Source: Fimbriosthenelais zetlandica
Taxonomy: Eukaryota
Assembly: GCA_977030845.1 (NCBI GenBank)
Contig: OZ365116.1
Coordinates: 17,608,001 to 17,672,000, forward strand
Length of the DNA stretch: 64,000 nt
Reading direction: 5' to 3'
Part shown: piece by piece, positions 11,701 to 25,949 of the stretch
How the letters are laid out: the number at the start of each line of letters is the position of its first letter
How positions within the stretch are numbered: the first letter of the stretch is position 1
Made by a program: the position numbers and the translations under genes
The notes under the pieces: model-generated
Told to the model about the DNA's origin: nothing
The model's input: only the letters and a program-made list of their open reading frames with translations
The model's database searches: none

Positions 11701-14700
11701 GGATGTTAAAAACAATACTGTTTCTTCTAACAAAGCAAGTAATGTATCTTGTTTTCTTAGAATAAAACCTTCTCTAGACAGAATGGAATTGACAAAACAT
11801 AAGAAATCATATTCAATACATTAACACTGCACCTGCCCGCCATATATATATATATTTCAGAATGAAAAACTGAGAACGCACACTATGTTTTTTTCACTAA
11901 CGTCATTTAAGCCTCAGATATCCGGAGGTATACCATAGACATTACATCTAATGTACATCATTGCTAGGAATGTAATACACCAGAGTAATAGACCAAAGCA
12001 TATTGAATACATGTTTTATAATTTGGTAGAAAAGAAAGAGTAGGCAAGGGGCATTTCTGTAATCTATAGATTACTTCAAAGCCATTTCTATTCCTTGCCT
12101 GGAATGTGCTGAAGCTCACATAACCTTCTTCCAAGTGGATTTTCCTGGAGCAATTTTCTTCTACATTCAGCAGAATGGGAACATAACTGTTCAGCCTCTA
12201 TATCAATGCTGATCCCGAGTTTTACTTCAGATTCCCGGTACAATAGACATGTTATCTCATATTGCCTGGCAGGCAGAATGGCTGGCCTCCTGCTGTACCG
12301 ATAACCGATAAGCTGAGAGTAGCCCATGGCATTCACACTGGTACCAACATTTTCTAGCATAATCTATAAATCTCAGAGGAACCCTAATTTCCCGTTCCTT
12401 CTTCCAGCTTGAACAATGTGTGAAATTTCAAATACATATGACATTAATTCATCTGTGAACTTTCTGCTCAAAGATAAGGACATTCTTTGGATCTACTAAG
12501 ATTGTAGTGTAGCATCACATCAGTGGCCCAACTACTTTTTTTTTTACCTCACCGTTCAATAGATAAGAGAGCAACGAGGGATTTGCTGGGGCAGGCACAA
12601 ATGTGCTCTCACGTTTATATTGGAGATGTGTCATCTCAGGTTGTTCTGGGTGAGAGAGGAAGTCTAGCTAGCTGTGATCTCACAATGTCCATTACAAAAT
12701 GTCTGGCAGCCACGACCATATGCCACCTAACATCATGGATACTTCTGTATCCTGGGGCACTATCCTTATTATGATTGTCTCCAAGTCATGAAGATCAAAC
12801 GATGCATGGTACATGGCCCATTCCCTATCCTACTTACATTCTCCAATTATATAGGCAATTATCTTTAATTCTTGATTTTGATTAAAAATCCTTAATAGTT
12901 CTTTCTAGAATAACTAATGTAGTCTCCAAGAAAAAGTTTTCTGTCACCTTGTTTCTATACAATGTCTTCGGTCAGATAATGTCTTCTGGCAGATACATCT
13001 CCTGTTATACATGTATGTGGTTGGTGAATGTATACAGGCCCTGAGCTGAAAGTGATGATTCAATTTACACTCAGTCTGTCTCTGAGGGAATACACAATGT
13101 ACCATGGCAGAGACAAAAGACACCCAAAGATTACTGTCTCCTTGTCTCTCTTCTAAGCTGAGATGTCATGCAGAAACCAATGGAAAACATCAAAGAAACT
13201 TGAGTCGCACAACAGCAGTTTTGTTTAGGTTGGCAACTGTTTGTTTGAAATAGAAATTGTCTTTCTCTGTCCAGCATTTTACCTTATCGTAATAGATACT
13301 GCATGAGAGAATTCTCTGCACACAATCCCTCAATATTATATCTGTTATTAGAATTTGTATATTTGTTAATATTGCCTTGGTCATAATGTAATATATTATC
13401 CTTTTCTTACCCAATTGAGCTTATTGTGGAGAAGAATATGATCACAAATCTGTTAGCCTCCTGATTGGTGAATGGTGAAAAGGTCCTCCATTTAAAGTAG
13501 ACACATAGCATTGTTCCTCCTACTCCCCTTAGGCCAACCCTTAATTGTTCTCCACAATGAGTGAAAACAAGCACGCGAAGATGTTCCCTACTTAACCAAA
13601 TGCATTAAGAATTCTTTTAAAGTGAGTTATCCATTTTCTTCCTTGCACGGAGTTCTCTGTTCTTTCTAACAATGGGAAAACATAAATTACGTCTGAGAAT
13701 TGAGGATTCGTAAAGATCCTCATTTCATGTACTCCGCAGCTGATTAGATTTTTATTTAGGAGAGCAGATATTATCCTGGCGCTAAAAATCCTGGCATTGC
13801 ATGTTGGGTACTTGGGAGAAGCTCCCTGTCAGGTCCTTCATATTCAAGAAACAAAAAATTGCCGTAACGTGATGCCTTTCAAGAGACGAACCTTGCCATC
13901 CAGATTTAAAGGACCCGAATCCCTTTCGTATTAAACACCGGCTTTAACCGGCATGGTATTTGACGAATGAAAATCCAAATTGTGAAATGCCTTGATGCCA
14001 ATCTAATAGTTGGTTCTCGTGCATCTTCTGTGTGTAATGAAGTAATAAATTATTTATTCTAATACTTTGGTGACCTCTGGATAAGGATCAAATCCTGTTT
14101 GGCAAATGCCTGGTCAATATGAATTTATCAAGAATGCTGGGCATAGGGGTGCTGTGATAGGAATCAATAGACGTCATATCTGACTGCTCCAGATGATTCG
14201 TTATTCCTGTAGTCCTTGTTTGAACCTATGCATCCTTCCTTGACAGTGTTAGGCCCCAATCTATACCAAGTATTGAACGCTCTTCTGGCCTGATACCCAC
14301 ACTGATACACAAATATCCGTGTTGTACATGGACAAAACATTCATGCACTAATATTGCGATAAAAAGATAAAATTCATGTGGTTTGTTATTCTGGTGATGG
14401 GTAATGAATTTCTGGTTGCAGCTCAAGAGAGAAAGCAAATGGCCTTTAATATCGCGAAATCCATCCTTTAACATTTTGATTAAATGTCAGTTGAATATTG
14501 TCTGTAAGAATTCAATGGGAATTCAGAATTTCTTGCCACAGAGATTTCAAGTGCATTGTGACAAATTGGTTGAAAAAATTGTCTACAAACTTCAATTCAA
14601 GATGATTACAAAGACAATAATTTAAAACCACTGGGTATTGGGATGTCGGCCTATACGATTTACATAGTATCCAAGCACTATTGTGTATGTGGTATGCATA

Positions 14701-17700
14701 GGCTACATATTTGTTGATGAGAATGAAAGCATGAATGGTATTGAATTGATGCTGGCCGGGAGCAGTATATAGAGGATAGGAGAGAGGCACTGGGTCTGAT
14801 ATTGAGACCTATTTTGGATGCCTAGCAATGTATAAGCTATGCCGACACAATCATGGACGACCCATCAAGATATAATTGTGCCCTCTATCACATTTCTATT
14901 GATTATTTTCTACTGTGGGAATACATAGTCAAGATACATAGTGAGCTGCAATAAACAGTAATGACCCCACTACGAAGTATTTGCCATATTTTTTCTAATA
15001 ACATCGCATAATGTATTTCTGTGGGGCCAAGACGACTGTCTAAGGATTTCCCAGGGGGTTTCTTTATCTTCTGGAAACTGGGTGGCCTGGTTTATCACAG
15101 AATGTTTTGTCTTTATCACTGGGTGTGCCATGAGGAACAGAAGCTGCAAACTGGGTAATAACCAGGCAGTGCCTTGAGGCCCTGTGCAGGCAAATACCCC
15201 AGGCATCATGCTGGTTTGTGCCCTGAAATACCCAGAGGCACCCATCCCCAGCCTTAGAAAGCAGTACTCTTGGAGCACGATCAGACATTGGGAGCAGACA
15301 TGCCAGGGCTGAAAACTGAAGCTGATGTCTTTTTTTCCCAACGTAACTAATTTACAGCTCACACGCGATGCCCTTTTCACACATTGTGTGAAGACTATCT
15401 CTTGTGATGTTCAGACAATCTTATACAAGTCACTATATGCCCTTATTTCATATTGCACTGTTTACATAGGATTAACGTGTAAACCTGCACGTTCAAGGCC
15501 CACCTTTCTACGACATATTACATTCATTTCTGTTATTAAGAGAAATCCTTGCTCTGACGTTACTATAGAGGGAATCACATATATATCATTTGTTTCTATT
15601 ACATCAAAGGCAGAAGCCACATTCATGACATGATAGTCTTTCTGCTGTAGACGAAGCATTGCAACATCTGTCTTTTTATATCTCCCATTCCATACTCCTA
15701 ATCTAGAGTCTCTGAAATGAGAGGATTCATACTCATACGAGGACGTGTGTCATTCAGATTGAATCAGAATTTGAGACATGCAGTTAGAAAGGTTCTTGTT
15801 TCTGTGAGAGATGAATATTCATAATGCTAAAAGCAAGGGATATAATTTAATATTCAATTCTGGATGTTTGTGATTCAACTGTACATTATGTCTTCGGAAA
15901 AATGCCTGTTGCTGTGTACCCATTAAAATCTGCCTGTAGTCACCCAGGTAGGCAGCCGGAGAGGAGGCTAATGTGGTATTCATATTATTCATGAGAGGAA
16001 ATCCAAGGCTTCCTTCTCCTTGGACAGTTCCCTTGGCAACCTTTTCCGTCTTCCAGTTCAAACTAATTGGCATATATATGAATGATGCTAAAATGAATGA
16101 ATATGTATGACTTAAAAACAAACACATTATATCCATGTAATATTATCCATTCTTTAGCCTGGATTAACAAGCTTTTAATAATACATCTGTATTGCTTTCT
16201 GTTTTCAGTGGAACCTAGTATGTTCAAGGAAACCATTGGTCACCTGGGTCAGCATTTCTTACAGCATTGGTCAGGCACTGGGCAGTATCCTATTTGGTAT
16301 ACTTTCTGACAGGTAAGGATTAAGGTATTATTTTACGGTCAATGAATGTGACCATTCCTAAATGATTTAAAGAGTAATTAGGTCTAGTGACATTTGCTGA
16401 CAGATTGGCCTATTCTTGATAAATTCTGTCATCAGTTCGTTAATGAAGGTACAGCCTCTTGACTCATGCTTTTGAATGAATGTTGCAGTTATGGACGCAG
16501 GAAGATGTTGATCCTGACCACCTTTGGTCAGGTGGTGACTAGCATCTTGTTAGCGGTTGCTCCAGAGATCTACTCCTTCCTCTGTCTCCGGGCTCTCCTT
16601 GCTGTCTTTAACGCTGGTCAGGTCAACACTGCATTCATCATCGGTACGTCACCTCTCTACAGCCAAGCTTACAGAACAGCAGAGGACTGGACAGCTGGCT
16701 TGAACTTTGCTTCATGCTCCATCTGGCCTTTCCCTTCTAGAAAGAAGGATTGTATTCACGTTAAAAATAAGCATTTGAAAATATAATAAGATGAAATACA
16801 GAAATATTATACATTAATACTTTATAGTAGTGTATCTTTTGGGGTGACATCTGAGGATATTGGTGAAAATGAAGAATCATATTGACATGATATACTGGCT
16901 AGTTTTAGGTGATAAGAAGAAGCAAGGCTTCAGGTTTTTAGTCCAGAGATAAGGTGTGCTGTTCAATAATATTACATTACAAGAACTTTAACACATGCAT
17001 CTTTTTCTTCCAGTGTTTGAGCTGGTCGGTCATGCCTGGCGAATTCTAGGGGCTACACTAGTCTTTGCCAGTCGTCCCCTGGGTACTTTTCTTCTGGTAG
17101 CCTTGGCAACCTCAATACAAAACCATGTTACTCTTCAACTAGTCACCTCTATACCCCTAGGCCTGCTACTTACTTATGTCTGGTAAGTCATGAATTTCAT
17201 TTAATAGTAACTCATTTCATATTGCTAATTTAGTATGAGAATGCTTCAGGACATTGTGCAGGATAATATATGGCTGAATCTAGTAACAAATATTAACAGA
17301 TATCAACAGAGTGTGGAATTTAATGAGGTGAATAGATTGGCTTCTCGGTGATGTAGAGAAGGGCTGATGTAGGAGCTCTTGTTTTCAGGGTGATTCCGGA
17401 GTCGCCTCGCTGGCTGGTGCTCAAGCATGTCGAGGCTGCCCGGTGTCTCATTAGAAAGATAGCACATTGTAATGGAGTCCAGACACAGGAGGACCTGGTG
17501 CTCTTCTCATTTGTGAGTATATATCAACCAAGGTTTCCCATTGTAATGCAGTATGGATATCGGCTAACATACTGATATGGGGGTATACAATCTTAGTTTC
17601 CCATTAAATGGATATCGAGTATCCTTGCAATTTCTATCATTTATATTATGAATTGCGTAAGCGAGATAAAAATGATGAAACTAATAGAAAGGCGAGAGTA

Positions 17701-20700
17701 GGAATTAGTTCATATCTAGTCTCAAGTGGAGGGGATAAAATGACATCATTCAGGGATTTGAGACATGGTAATTTACACATGAGAGTGTTGCAAAGATCTG
17801 ACGGGATCTTCTTTGCTCTCACACTCCTTCTCGATCTCATTTATCATTTCATGTAATAGACATCTAATTATCTATAGGCTTTTAATCTAAGACGACAGAT
17901 CAACAGATAATATAAGATCTAAAGTATAGAAAGTCTCTCTTTTGGCCTTAGAAGCTGTACTCCAATTATGTAAGCTGATATATGAGTTTTCAGGATTTAA
18001 AACTGCCTTAAAATTTCAGTCTGGTTTGTTTTGTAGCAAGTGTGAACGATATATCCTGTTAAAAGTTACCTCATTTAAAAGTCAGAATCCTTAAGCTCCT
18101 CATACAGTCTCTTTTATCAGAGTGAACTTCGACTTTTTTGTCTTGCCTGGGGCAGGATATTATTTTTCACCTTCAGCTTATTTGAGTAATTGTATTAAAG
18201 CTTTCATAAAAAGGCTTGACAGCCGCTTCAGGACCGTCAGTCATGGGCCCATGGTTCTTCTTTCATCTCCGATAAAAGTCAAATATAAAAAGCAACATTC
18301 ACGTCCTGGAGGAGTTCTTTTATTTCGATATGCTGCTTTATTTATGAACTGATTTTTGACGACAACATTCCTCTGTGTTTCGGGGCAGGTCCTGTGCCTT
18401 TGGGTAATAGGATTGCATTGATGGATGATGATGTACTTTGTATACCTGTAGCTCACTGTAGTGTTACATTCTCTGATACTCCATCACTGTCCTAGTAGCT
18501 TTTTCTACCAAGTCAATTATCCAACCCTCAGGAGAGAAGAGCAATGACACCTCTACCGTATAACAGGTATTAAACGGTGTAAGATCGATCAGGAATCAAT
18601 AACCTAATCACAGCTTGCCTATACCAGAAAAAAAATCTCCGGCACTCAGGATGTGCCAGACGAAGGCTTGACGCATGAGGTGGAATAGGCCATTGCCCCG
18701 CTCTCCAGAGACTTGGATAATTGACTTGGGAGAGGCAACCAAGGTCAAAGGGTCAGCACAAACCTTTGCCATGAGAGACTCATCCAATAAAATGTTATGC
18801 TCGCCCTCTGCCCCAGACTTCTACCCCTTCTCAGGGTTATAGACACTCTAATGTGCTTCTATGAGATGTGAGGTACATTATCAAGGCTAGCTTTACTGGG
18901 AGGCTCCTTTTCAAAGTGGTTTAAAATGGAGGGAATGACGTGCCGCTATATTATATATAATATTAGGTCATAAGCTATAACCTTTAGAGCTGCTATTGGT
19001 CGGGCTTAATGATGTACTTGAGAAAATGGCCCATACACAGCTTCATCAAATGGAATTCCACAGAAAAAGGATAATATTTGATGCTGTTAAATTATACCGA
19101 AGAGGACCTTCACTTCACGAAAAATATCGATGGTAGAAGCTCAGCACTGGGTGCCCTGCAGGAACATGCCATTTCTATTGGTTTTCCTGATATCAACACA
19201 ATTTCAGTATCCCGGAATCTCTTCTTTCTTAAAGTAATAGCCAGAAGCGAATACATTGGTGAATTACAATGGGCTCTGGGATATATTAATTGTCAAACTG
19301 AGGAAGGAAATCTCTTGACGTATTTCACAACTTCTCTTCTATTCAGCTATCAGGCTGATGATTATTGCTTGCCGGGCCTTATCTCTTGCTGTTCCATAAG
19401 TCAGCTCATGACGGAAAATGAAAGGTTTTCCCAGAAGTATTGAGTAGTATTATAGTTTTGCAAGGTTCACATTCAACTGGTGCCAGCCTCTAGAAGTTCT
19501 TTACTTCTGAATTGGGTAAGTTGTAGCCGAGCCCAGATACATGTCTACTTGGTCTCTGGAGGCGAAGAAAGACCCTGCTGGGCTATAAATTTTGTATTGT
19601 AGCACTTTAAGGCACTTGGATCTGCTCTAAACCTCCAGGCTTGAAGCTTAAAGCTTGCTTTATGTGGTGGGATTAGGAGCAAAGCTCTAGCTTACACTGA
19701 AAAGTGTTGTGAGCTAACTTAAAAAGGAGAGCATTGAGAAAACAGAAATCTACATAGGAAACACAGTTACCAATAGTATCACAGAATCTATAGAGTCAAT
19801 CAAATGATGGAGTCCTGAAGGAGGGAAGGAAGGAGGATAATTGGGAAAAGAAAATGTTAGAGGGAGAAAGCCAGGTTGACATAATGCTTAAATGCCCTTT
19901 CCTGTAGTGTAGGTTTACTTTCTTGCTCTTGTATCAGGTGATAGTTGACCCAGTTGTATGGGGTATTGGCAGATTGTAACTACCATTGCCTCTTGGCATT
20001 TAATGCATTACCCAAAACACACACCAGGGAACCTTCATAAAGAAGATCAGCCAGCGCCAAGTAACGACTACAATCACTTTCAGGCCTGTGCGTCTCGTCA
20101 ACGAGTCCAATACCTGATTGGCTGAGGCAAACGAAGGAGGTCATTCATCGTGGTTAATGTTGGACTGGGCAAGCTGATGCCATTGTTGATGTGTTTGGTT
20201 CCAGCTTGTTGCTTGGTCCCAATGGAGTGTTTATTTCCCACACACTTCCACTGTTATTGCATTAAGTTCTGCCAAATTTTGGTTTTTAGCTTTCTTCTCT
20301 AGATCCAGACCGTTCCAGCCATCATAGGTTTTATTTTTTGTGGATTTTAATTAAAATGATTTCCAACGAGAGTTGATGCTGGATCATTTTGATGATGTCA
20401 GGTCTTGGATGAGAAATTTTATGATGGATTTCTCATTTCATTTCATTCCAGCCTGGGCGTTATCAATACTTTCAAATAAGAAATACGATATTGGGAATGC
20501 ATGCCATATGAATGGCATAATTATAATCATGTGAATTGAATTGGATGATTTGAAAAATGATAAATAATTGATGGGGTAAGAACCAATGAACATTGTTCAA
20601 ACAGATGTTATCTTCCCTCAATGAACGTGATAATATATCATTGTAAGGCTGCTTGAGCGAAGTAGTCCAGTCTAAAAGGCGTTCAGAGAAACCCTCCGGT

Positions 20701-23700
20701 ACATCATCCCATATTTTCTATCCTCTTTCACGGCATTGGAGGGCAGACGGGGAGGCAGGTTGAGTAGAAAGCCTTGGTGCAGTTATGGGCAGGTTTAGCA
20801 CCAGTTTCGGCGAAAACCGTGATGGATAGCGGTGTGAATAGGTACAAATGCCTGGTTCTCCCAACTGTTTCTCGCTGAACGCCTACATATAACCTGGCAT
20901 TAGTCAGGAAGATAAGGAGAACAACAGCCTGTAGTCCTGACTTCATTCTCTCACAAACATGTTTGGCCAAAACGGCCACCTGATTAAGAATAAAAAGTCT
21001 CGTTACCCGTCCTCTGAGGATTTTTTTTATTGCGTGATCTCAATTGTCATGCTCTTACTCTCTCTCCCCCTCTCTACCATATCAAAACGTTTTCTATGGG
21101 ACGAGCAAGAAAGCCTATAAGAACATTAGATGATTTTTAATCAATATGTTCCCATTGACTGCTAAAAAAGCAGTGCAATCGATGACAGTCTTATTCTGGT
21201 GAAGGCAAACAATGCTCATTTTCCTCAGGTCTTTTATCTAATTAGCTCGAGTACATATCAACCTAATGAGCTGCTCAAAATGCCGACTAGCTTTCAGATG
21301 CTGCTCTAGTGATTAGACCGTACCCTTCCATACATATTGATGCACTGGAACCTATGAATACCAAACATGGTCTTTTAGCACCAATTTACATCTGTATAAT
21401 GACATTATGGGTTGTCCATAATGGAATGCATTTATTTTGTATGCACTCCTAATATACGAATGTGCTTTTGTCTCTGATGATTCTCATTGAGGCTTCAGAT
21501 TAGCACTCCTTGTGAATGGCCCATTTGGAGAGAAGGAACTGGGTCTCATTAACATGTTTCCATTCCCTGCCCTGGGAAAGGCTTTCATCTCAATTGGCTG
21601 GATCATTCCTTGTGTGACCTCGTTTTTGAGCATATCACTCCCCAGCTCACGAGTCTGTCTTGACTGAAAAAAGCACAAGTCATAGAATGTCGATAGGCTT
21701 AATTGTTTCCGACTACATGAAGATTTAGAGAATGTCTATTAAGGCATCCCTATATAGTAGCCCATGTACTGTGGCCATTGTTGCTGAAAGTATATGCGAG
21801 TCATTCCCATCATAATGTATATTGAGTGGGAATACTAATTGAAGGTATCATAAATGTAAATCCTTTATCCAACATGTCCATGGTCAGGCAGTGTATCGTC
21901 TCTGGTCACTTTCTGTCAAGTTACCAGAAACATGGCTCCATGTGTGTGGCCTGAGTAAGCTGATAGAGACTAATCCTCATCTCCAGCTATAATGGATGGC
22001 CAGTCTTTACTCTCCCATCATTCTGAGAACTCTCACAGGAAAACCAAGCAAAACACACCATCTCCTAATACTTCCATGCCACTCCATAATGAACCACTGA
22101 TAGTGTCATCCAACACTTGTGGAATCAAGCCATATACTGAGTATAGGACTAAGACAGTTACCAGTCATTGATAGGCTATATATTTTAATGTTTTGTTTAA
22201 GTTTTTTTTTATCTTCGTGAAGGTTAAATTGCTCCCAGCTTGTCTTCGACTTCTCATCTTCCATTCCTAACATTGGAAGATGTATCACATACCTCAAGCT
22301 ATAGCAGCTAAACTGCTGATTCAGCCATTCTTGTCTTCCCAGCTATACATATACATGTATAGCCCCTTGGCCATGATTATCACCAATGGGACAGTTAGAT
22401 TGCTGTAGGAGAAAATATATGAGTAGTACATGGAAAGATCCATGTTTCACTGGGTCATTATGTGTCTATGCATGGAGGAAAGCAGATATGTCAAAATTAC
22501 AAATCGATCTATTTATATTTGCTGTAAATCTAATTTAAACATAACTAAGTTTTGCGCCAGTAGAAGTCTATATTAGCCGAAAGTGATTTATAAAGCCGCA
22601 CACATGCTGAGATGATGGCTTCAGTGGAACTATATTACTATTCCTGGTAACAAGCATGATGGGAAAGGCCCATATAGTCTCCTGACAATCGCTCCGTAAG
22701 TCACCATGGTTACAAAACTCGTTATGTAGCTGGTTTTTTCTATTCCTGCCTTATTTTGTATTTATAACCTTAGACCATCATGCAAGTTAAGAGGCTTGTC
22801 TCTCATTCATAATTCACGAAATTGCCTATACATGCAACGTCACTTTCTGCTTGAATATTAGGTCCGCGAGGGAGCAGTATATAGAGACCATTAATTCCCC
22901 TCTCCTGGCTTCATATCTTATATTATTCACAAGCTATGAACTTGGACAGATTGGATTGAATATCATATCAGGATTGAAAGATTTCTTATTGTTCATCTGT
23001 GAAATAAAGTGAAAACAAATGTTTAATTTGTCTTTTTCTGTAGGAGGATGAGGAGGTGTATGGACAGTGGAAACCACTGCTTCTGTGCAAACTGCCATCA
23101 ATGAGAAAAAAGCTCCTGGTGGTCATGTATTTGTGGTAAGTAGATATATATCTTCCATCGCAATAAGGTACACTGGTCTATTCTATATGTCTGTTCTGGA
23201 TGAGCGAAATACATATCATTGTGGCAGAGTTCTATATATAGGACAGAATTCAATTCTGACTGCCAAGTCCAATAATCAGGAGTTCATGAGACCATTGGTA
23301 ATGTATGAGTGAAGGGTCTCTAAGCCCAATGGTCATAGTGATGTGGTACCCACAGTAAAGTGACATTAATAGTTTTCACCTTGCTTTGACTAATGGCACT
23401 ATTAGTAGGAAAGCTATGTGGCCTGCAGATGCTTACCAGACTTACATTTGAAGTCCGTATTTTATACTAAGATTCATCACTTCATCCTCGCCCATTTTCT
23501 ATCTGGTTTGCAAATATCTTTGCAAATTAAACGATTTAGGAGGTACATGGAATGGATCATGAATAGAGCCAATTGTTGCATGGGAAGTTTGCCCTCTTAA
23601 TTTGGATCTTAACGGCAGAGGTTTCAGCTCCATGATGGAAGACCTCCGCTGCTCCAAGTGATGAGAAAATCGCTTGATTCGTCCTGACAGGCCATTAATT

Positions 23701-25201
23701 AAACTGAAGGACCCCTGACAGCTCCAACGGATGTTATGGTGGCAAAGGCAGAGAGTCTGGGGTCAGAAATGTCCCATTCCATACCATGCAAATTGCAGTT
23801 TGCCTCCAGGGATATCTGAGAGTAGAAAAATGTAGGATATAAGCTAGCATTCAATTAGGTTTTATTATTCCTATATGTCATCTGTCATGGAAGTAAAAAA
23901 TGTGGAACACTTGAATAATGAACAGCTTGTCATTTTTATCTTGCTAGGTTCACAGCTTGGATCACTTCTGCCAGTACTTGGAAGGATCGAGCTAATGAGC
24001 TGGGTAGTAGCCAGGTAGCATTAGCTGTCTTTGCGGGTCTTGATCTGGCAGCCTTGTTGGTCTGCTGTGGGGCTTTCTACCGTCTGGGTAGGAGGTTCCC
24101 CGTCTCTTTCAGCTTTGTTTTGGTCGGTGTCCTCCTCGAATGCACACCCCCACTTCCATCAGGTACATATTGTCTAACAGAAAATGATAATTAACCATTT
24201 CACACTTGGAAAAAATCAATTTCATGAAGACATAGATATGACCCAAAAACTCCTTTCATTCCTAGGTAGTTTTCAATGAGAACTGCAATATATATTTTCT
24301 TTTGTTCCTCGTTCATTCAGAGTTGCATATGGTGACTACATCCATGGTGCTATTCTCCCGTTTTGCTGTGACTGTAGCCTCAGCTGAGGTATACATCTAT
24401 GCTGCTGAGCTCTTCCCAACAGCTCTGAGAGGCACTGCCCTAGGCGCCTGCTTCTCCCTTGGTGTCATAGCAGAAGTCATTGGACCAAAAGTTTTAGTCT
24501 TGGTGAGATTATAAATATATATATATGCTAGTAAATAGCATATTGATTTGTAAAAGTATAACCTCCTCTTCTGTTATATGCCCGTTTTTAAATTATTGGA
24601 AAAGTTGAGAATTATTAGCCCGTTTTAAACAAGATTGTAATTAAAGTTGGACTTCATTCATTCTGAAGTGAAAGAATATTCTCATTGATGTTGTCTTTCA
24701 GGATGCGTACCACCTCGCTCTTCCCCATGTTATATTGGGTGGACTGTGTCTCACTGCTGCTCTCATTGTTCTCTTCCTTCCGGACACTAACCGAGAACCT
24801 CTGCCAGATACCATCTCTGATGGTGAATATGCCGCCAAGAGACAGAACCTTTTATGTTTGTAAGTCCATCATTTCCTTTATAGTAAAGGAAGAAAATATT
24901 CTCTTTTCCTCAAGCCTATATAAATATAACTCAGAAAATCAAGAGAGATGTAAATCTATAATGAACAGAGATTGGCTTTTTCCTGTACCCTCCCTCTTTC
25001 TTCTTTTATAGTGTCATTGAAGAAAGGTCACCCAATCTTTCTGAGAGCCGGCTGACAATATCACAGACTGACGGTAGACCTCGAATGAGGAATGATGTAC
25101 CAAGGCGCCTCAGTGTCCCCTGTCGGACTCAGAGGGAACGACCCCGGCGTAAGTCCATGCCTGAGTCCTGGGACTATCTACTGGCCAACGCTGCACTATG
25201 A
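2768..25201 (+). CDS. SLC22-family (MFS) organic cation/anion transporter-like protein, 638 aa, 10 exons
   Basis: Exons: 2768-3295, 16209-16312, 16489-16643, 17014-17182, 17389-17512, 23044-23135, 23948-24162, 24321-24502, 24702-24859, 25012-25201. All introns are GT-AG, phases are compatible and the total is 1917 nt. Family motifs: DDLLTKIGGFGVFQRR, TIVSK|WNLVC, DSYGRR, FELVG, PESPRWL, LGRR, AELFPTALRG, LPDT..EPLPDT. Exon sizes 104/155/169/215 match the familiar SLC22 layout. Confidence 0.93.
5585..6840. repeat. Compound minisatellite (29-32 bp unit GATCTCCATTGATCAGAGGCACTTGATTTGAT) with three interspersed ~145-bp inserts
   Basis: Direct reading. The insert CAGAGCAGGCAGGACACACG...CACTTATAA recurs at about 6035, 6305 and 6520, forming a higher-order repeat in SLC22 intron 1. 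Confidence 0.9.
7195..7236 (+). ncRNA. Degenerate minimal type I hammerhead ribozyme motif (Penelope/retrozyme-like)
   Basis: CTGATGA (7198-7204), stem II AGGGCAACCTGCC, GAAA (7218-7221), palindromic stem III ATACATGTAT, AUU triplet, and only a 3-bp stem I (ATC/GAT). Confidence 0.45.
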
Positions 25202-25949
25202 TCTGCCTCTTATAATCCTTCAATGGTGGAATATGAAAAGATCCCGAGCAATATGACAAATTACAATTAATTTACAAGGATTCAACCAAAGGAAATAACT
25301 TCGTTTTCTTTTTGAGCTTGTGTGTTGAGCCATTGATAAGTGTTCACCTGCACTCGTACATGTAGTATGTGCACCTTTCCGAACAGTATTGTATTCATAA
25401 TCATGGGTGAAATGAAGTCATGTAAAACTTATGTAAAATCATTCCATATGATAGAGTTACTGATGAATTCACATATATTATAATGATTAGTCCTTCGATA
25501 AATTGGTGCCATTGTCAATGTTGAACTTTGTGTTAGGACCTAGTGGTACTTTATGAAAAATTCCTTAGGTATATTCGAGGATTTGTTCCAAAGTTTTGAA
25601 TCACTGCTGTAACCAAGAGACGTCGATGAGTGCTATAATAATCACTTGCCTTGAAAATGGAAGCAAACCTTCAAGTATAATTCAGACTTTTATTACAAAT
25701 TATATTTATACACTGTAGTGTAGTACACATATTGTGAATACACAGTTTTTGTAGGTGGAATTTTCGAGGTGTGAATTATTAAGTTACTATAATGAAATAC
25801 ATATGTATGTAGATCAAGCATTGGTAAAATGGTTAGCTGGGATTTTTGAAAATCGTTACCAGAAAGTGTATGTATGGTGATGGTGTTTCGTTGGCCGGAT
25901 TAATGGTCCGCGAAACACTAAATATAATTATTGAAACTAGACAAGGATT

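Noticed and set aside
14226-14474. IRPEERSILGIDW resembling a DIRS/Ngaro reverse-transcriptase segment
   Set aside because: No downstream LPFG or YxDD motif in any nearby frame; likely chance.
14970-15380. 136-aa minus-strand ORF (also 19078-19443, 2082-2408 and 20728-20979)
   Set aside because: No recognisable domain and no consistent splice chain; lengths are compatible with chance.
22293-22402. Minus-strand segment with strong acceptor and donor
   Set aside because: Stops in all three frames; cannot be supported as coding.
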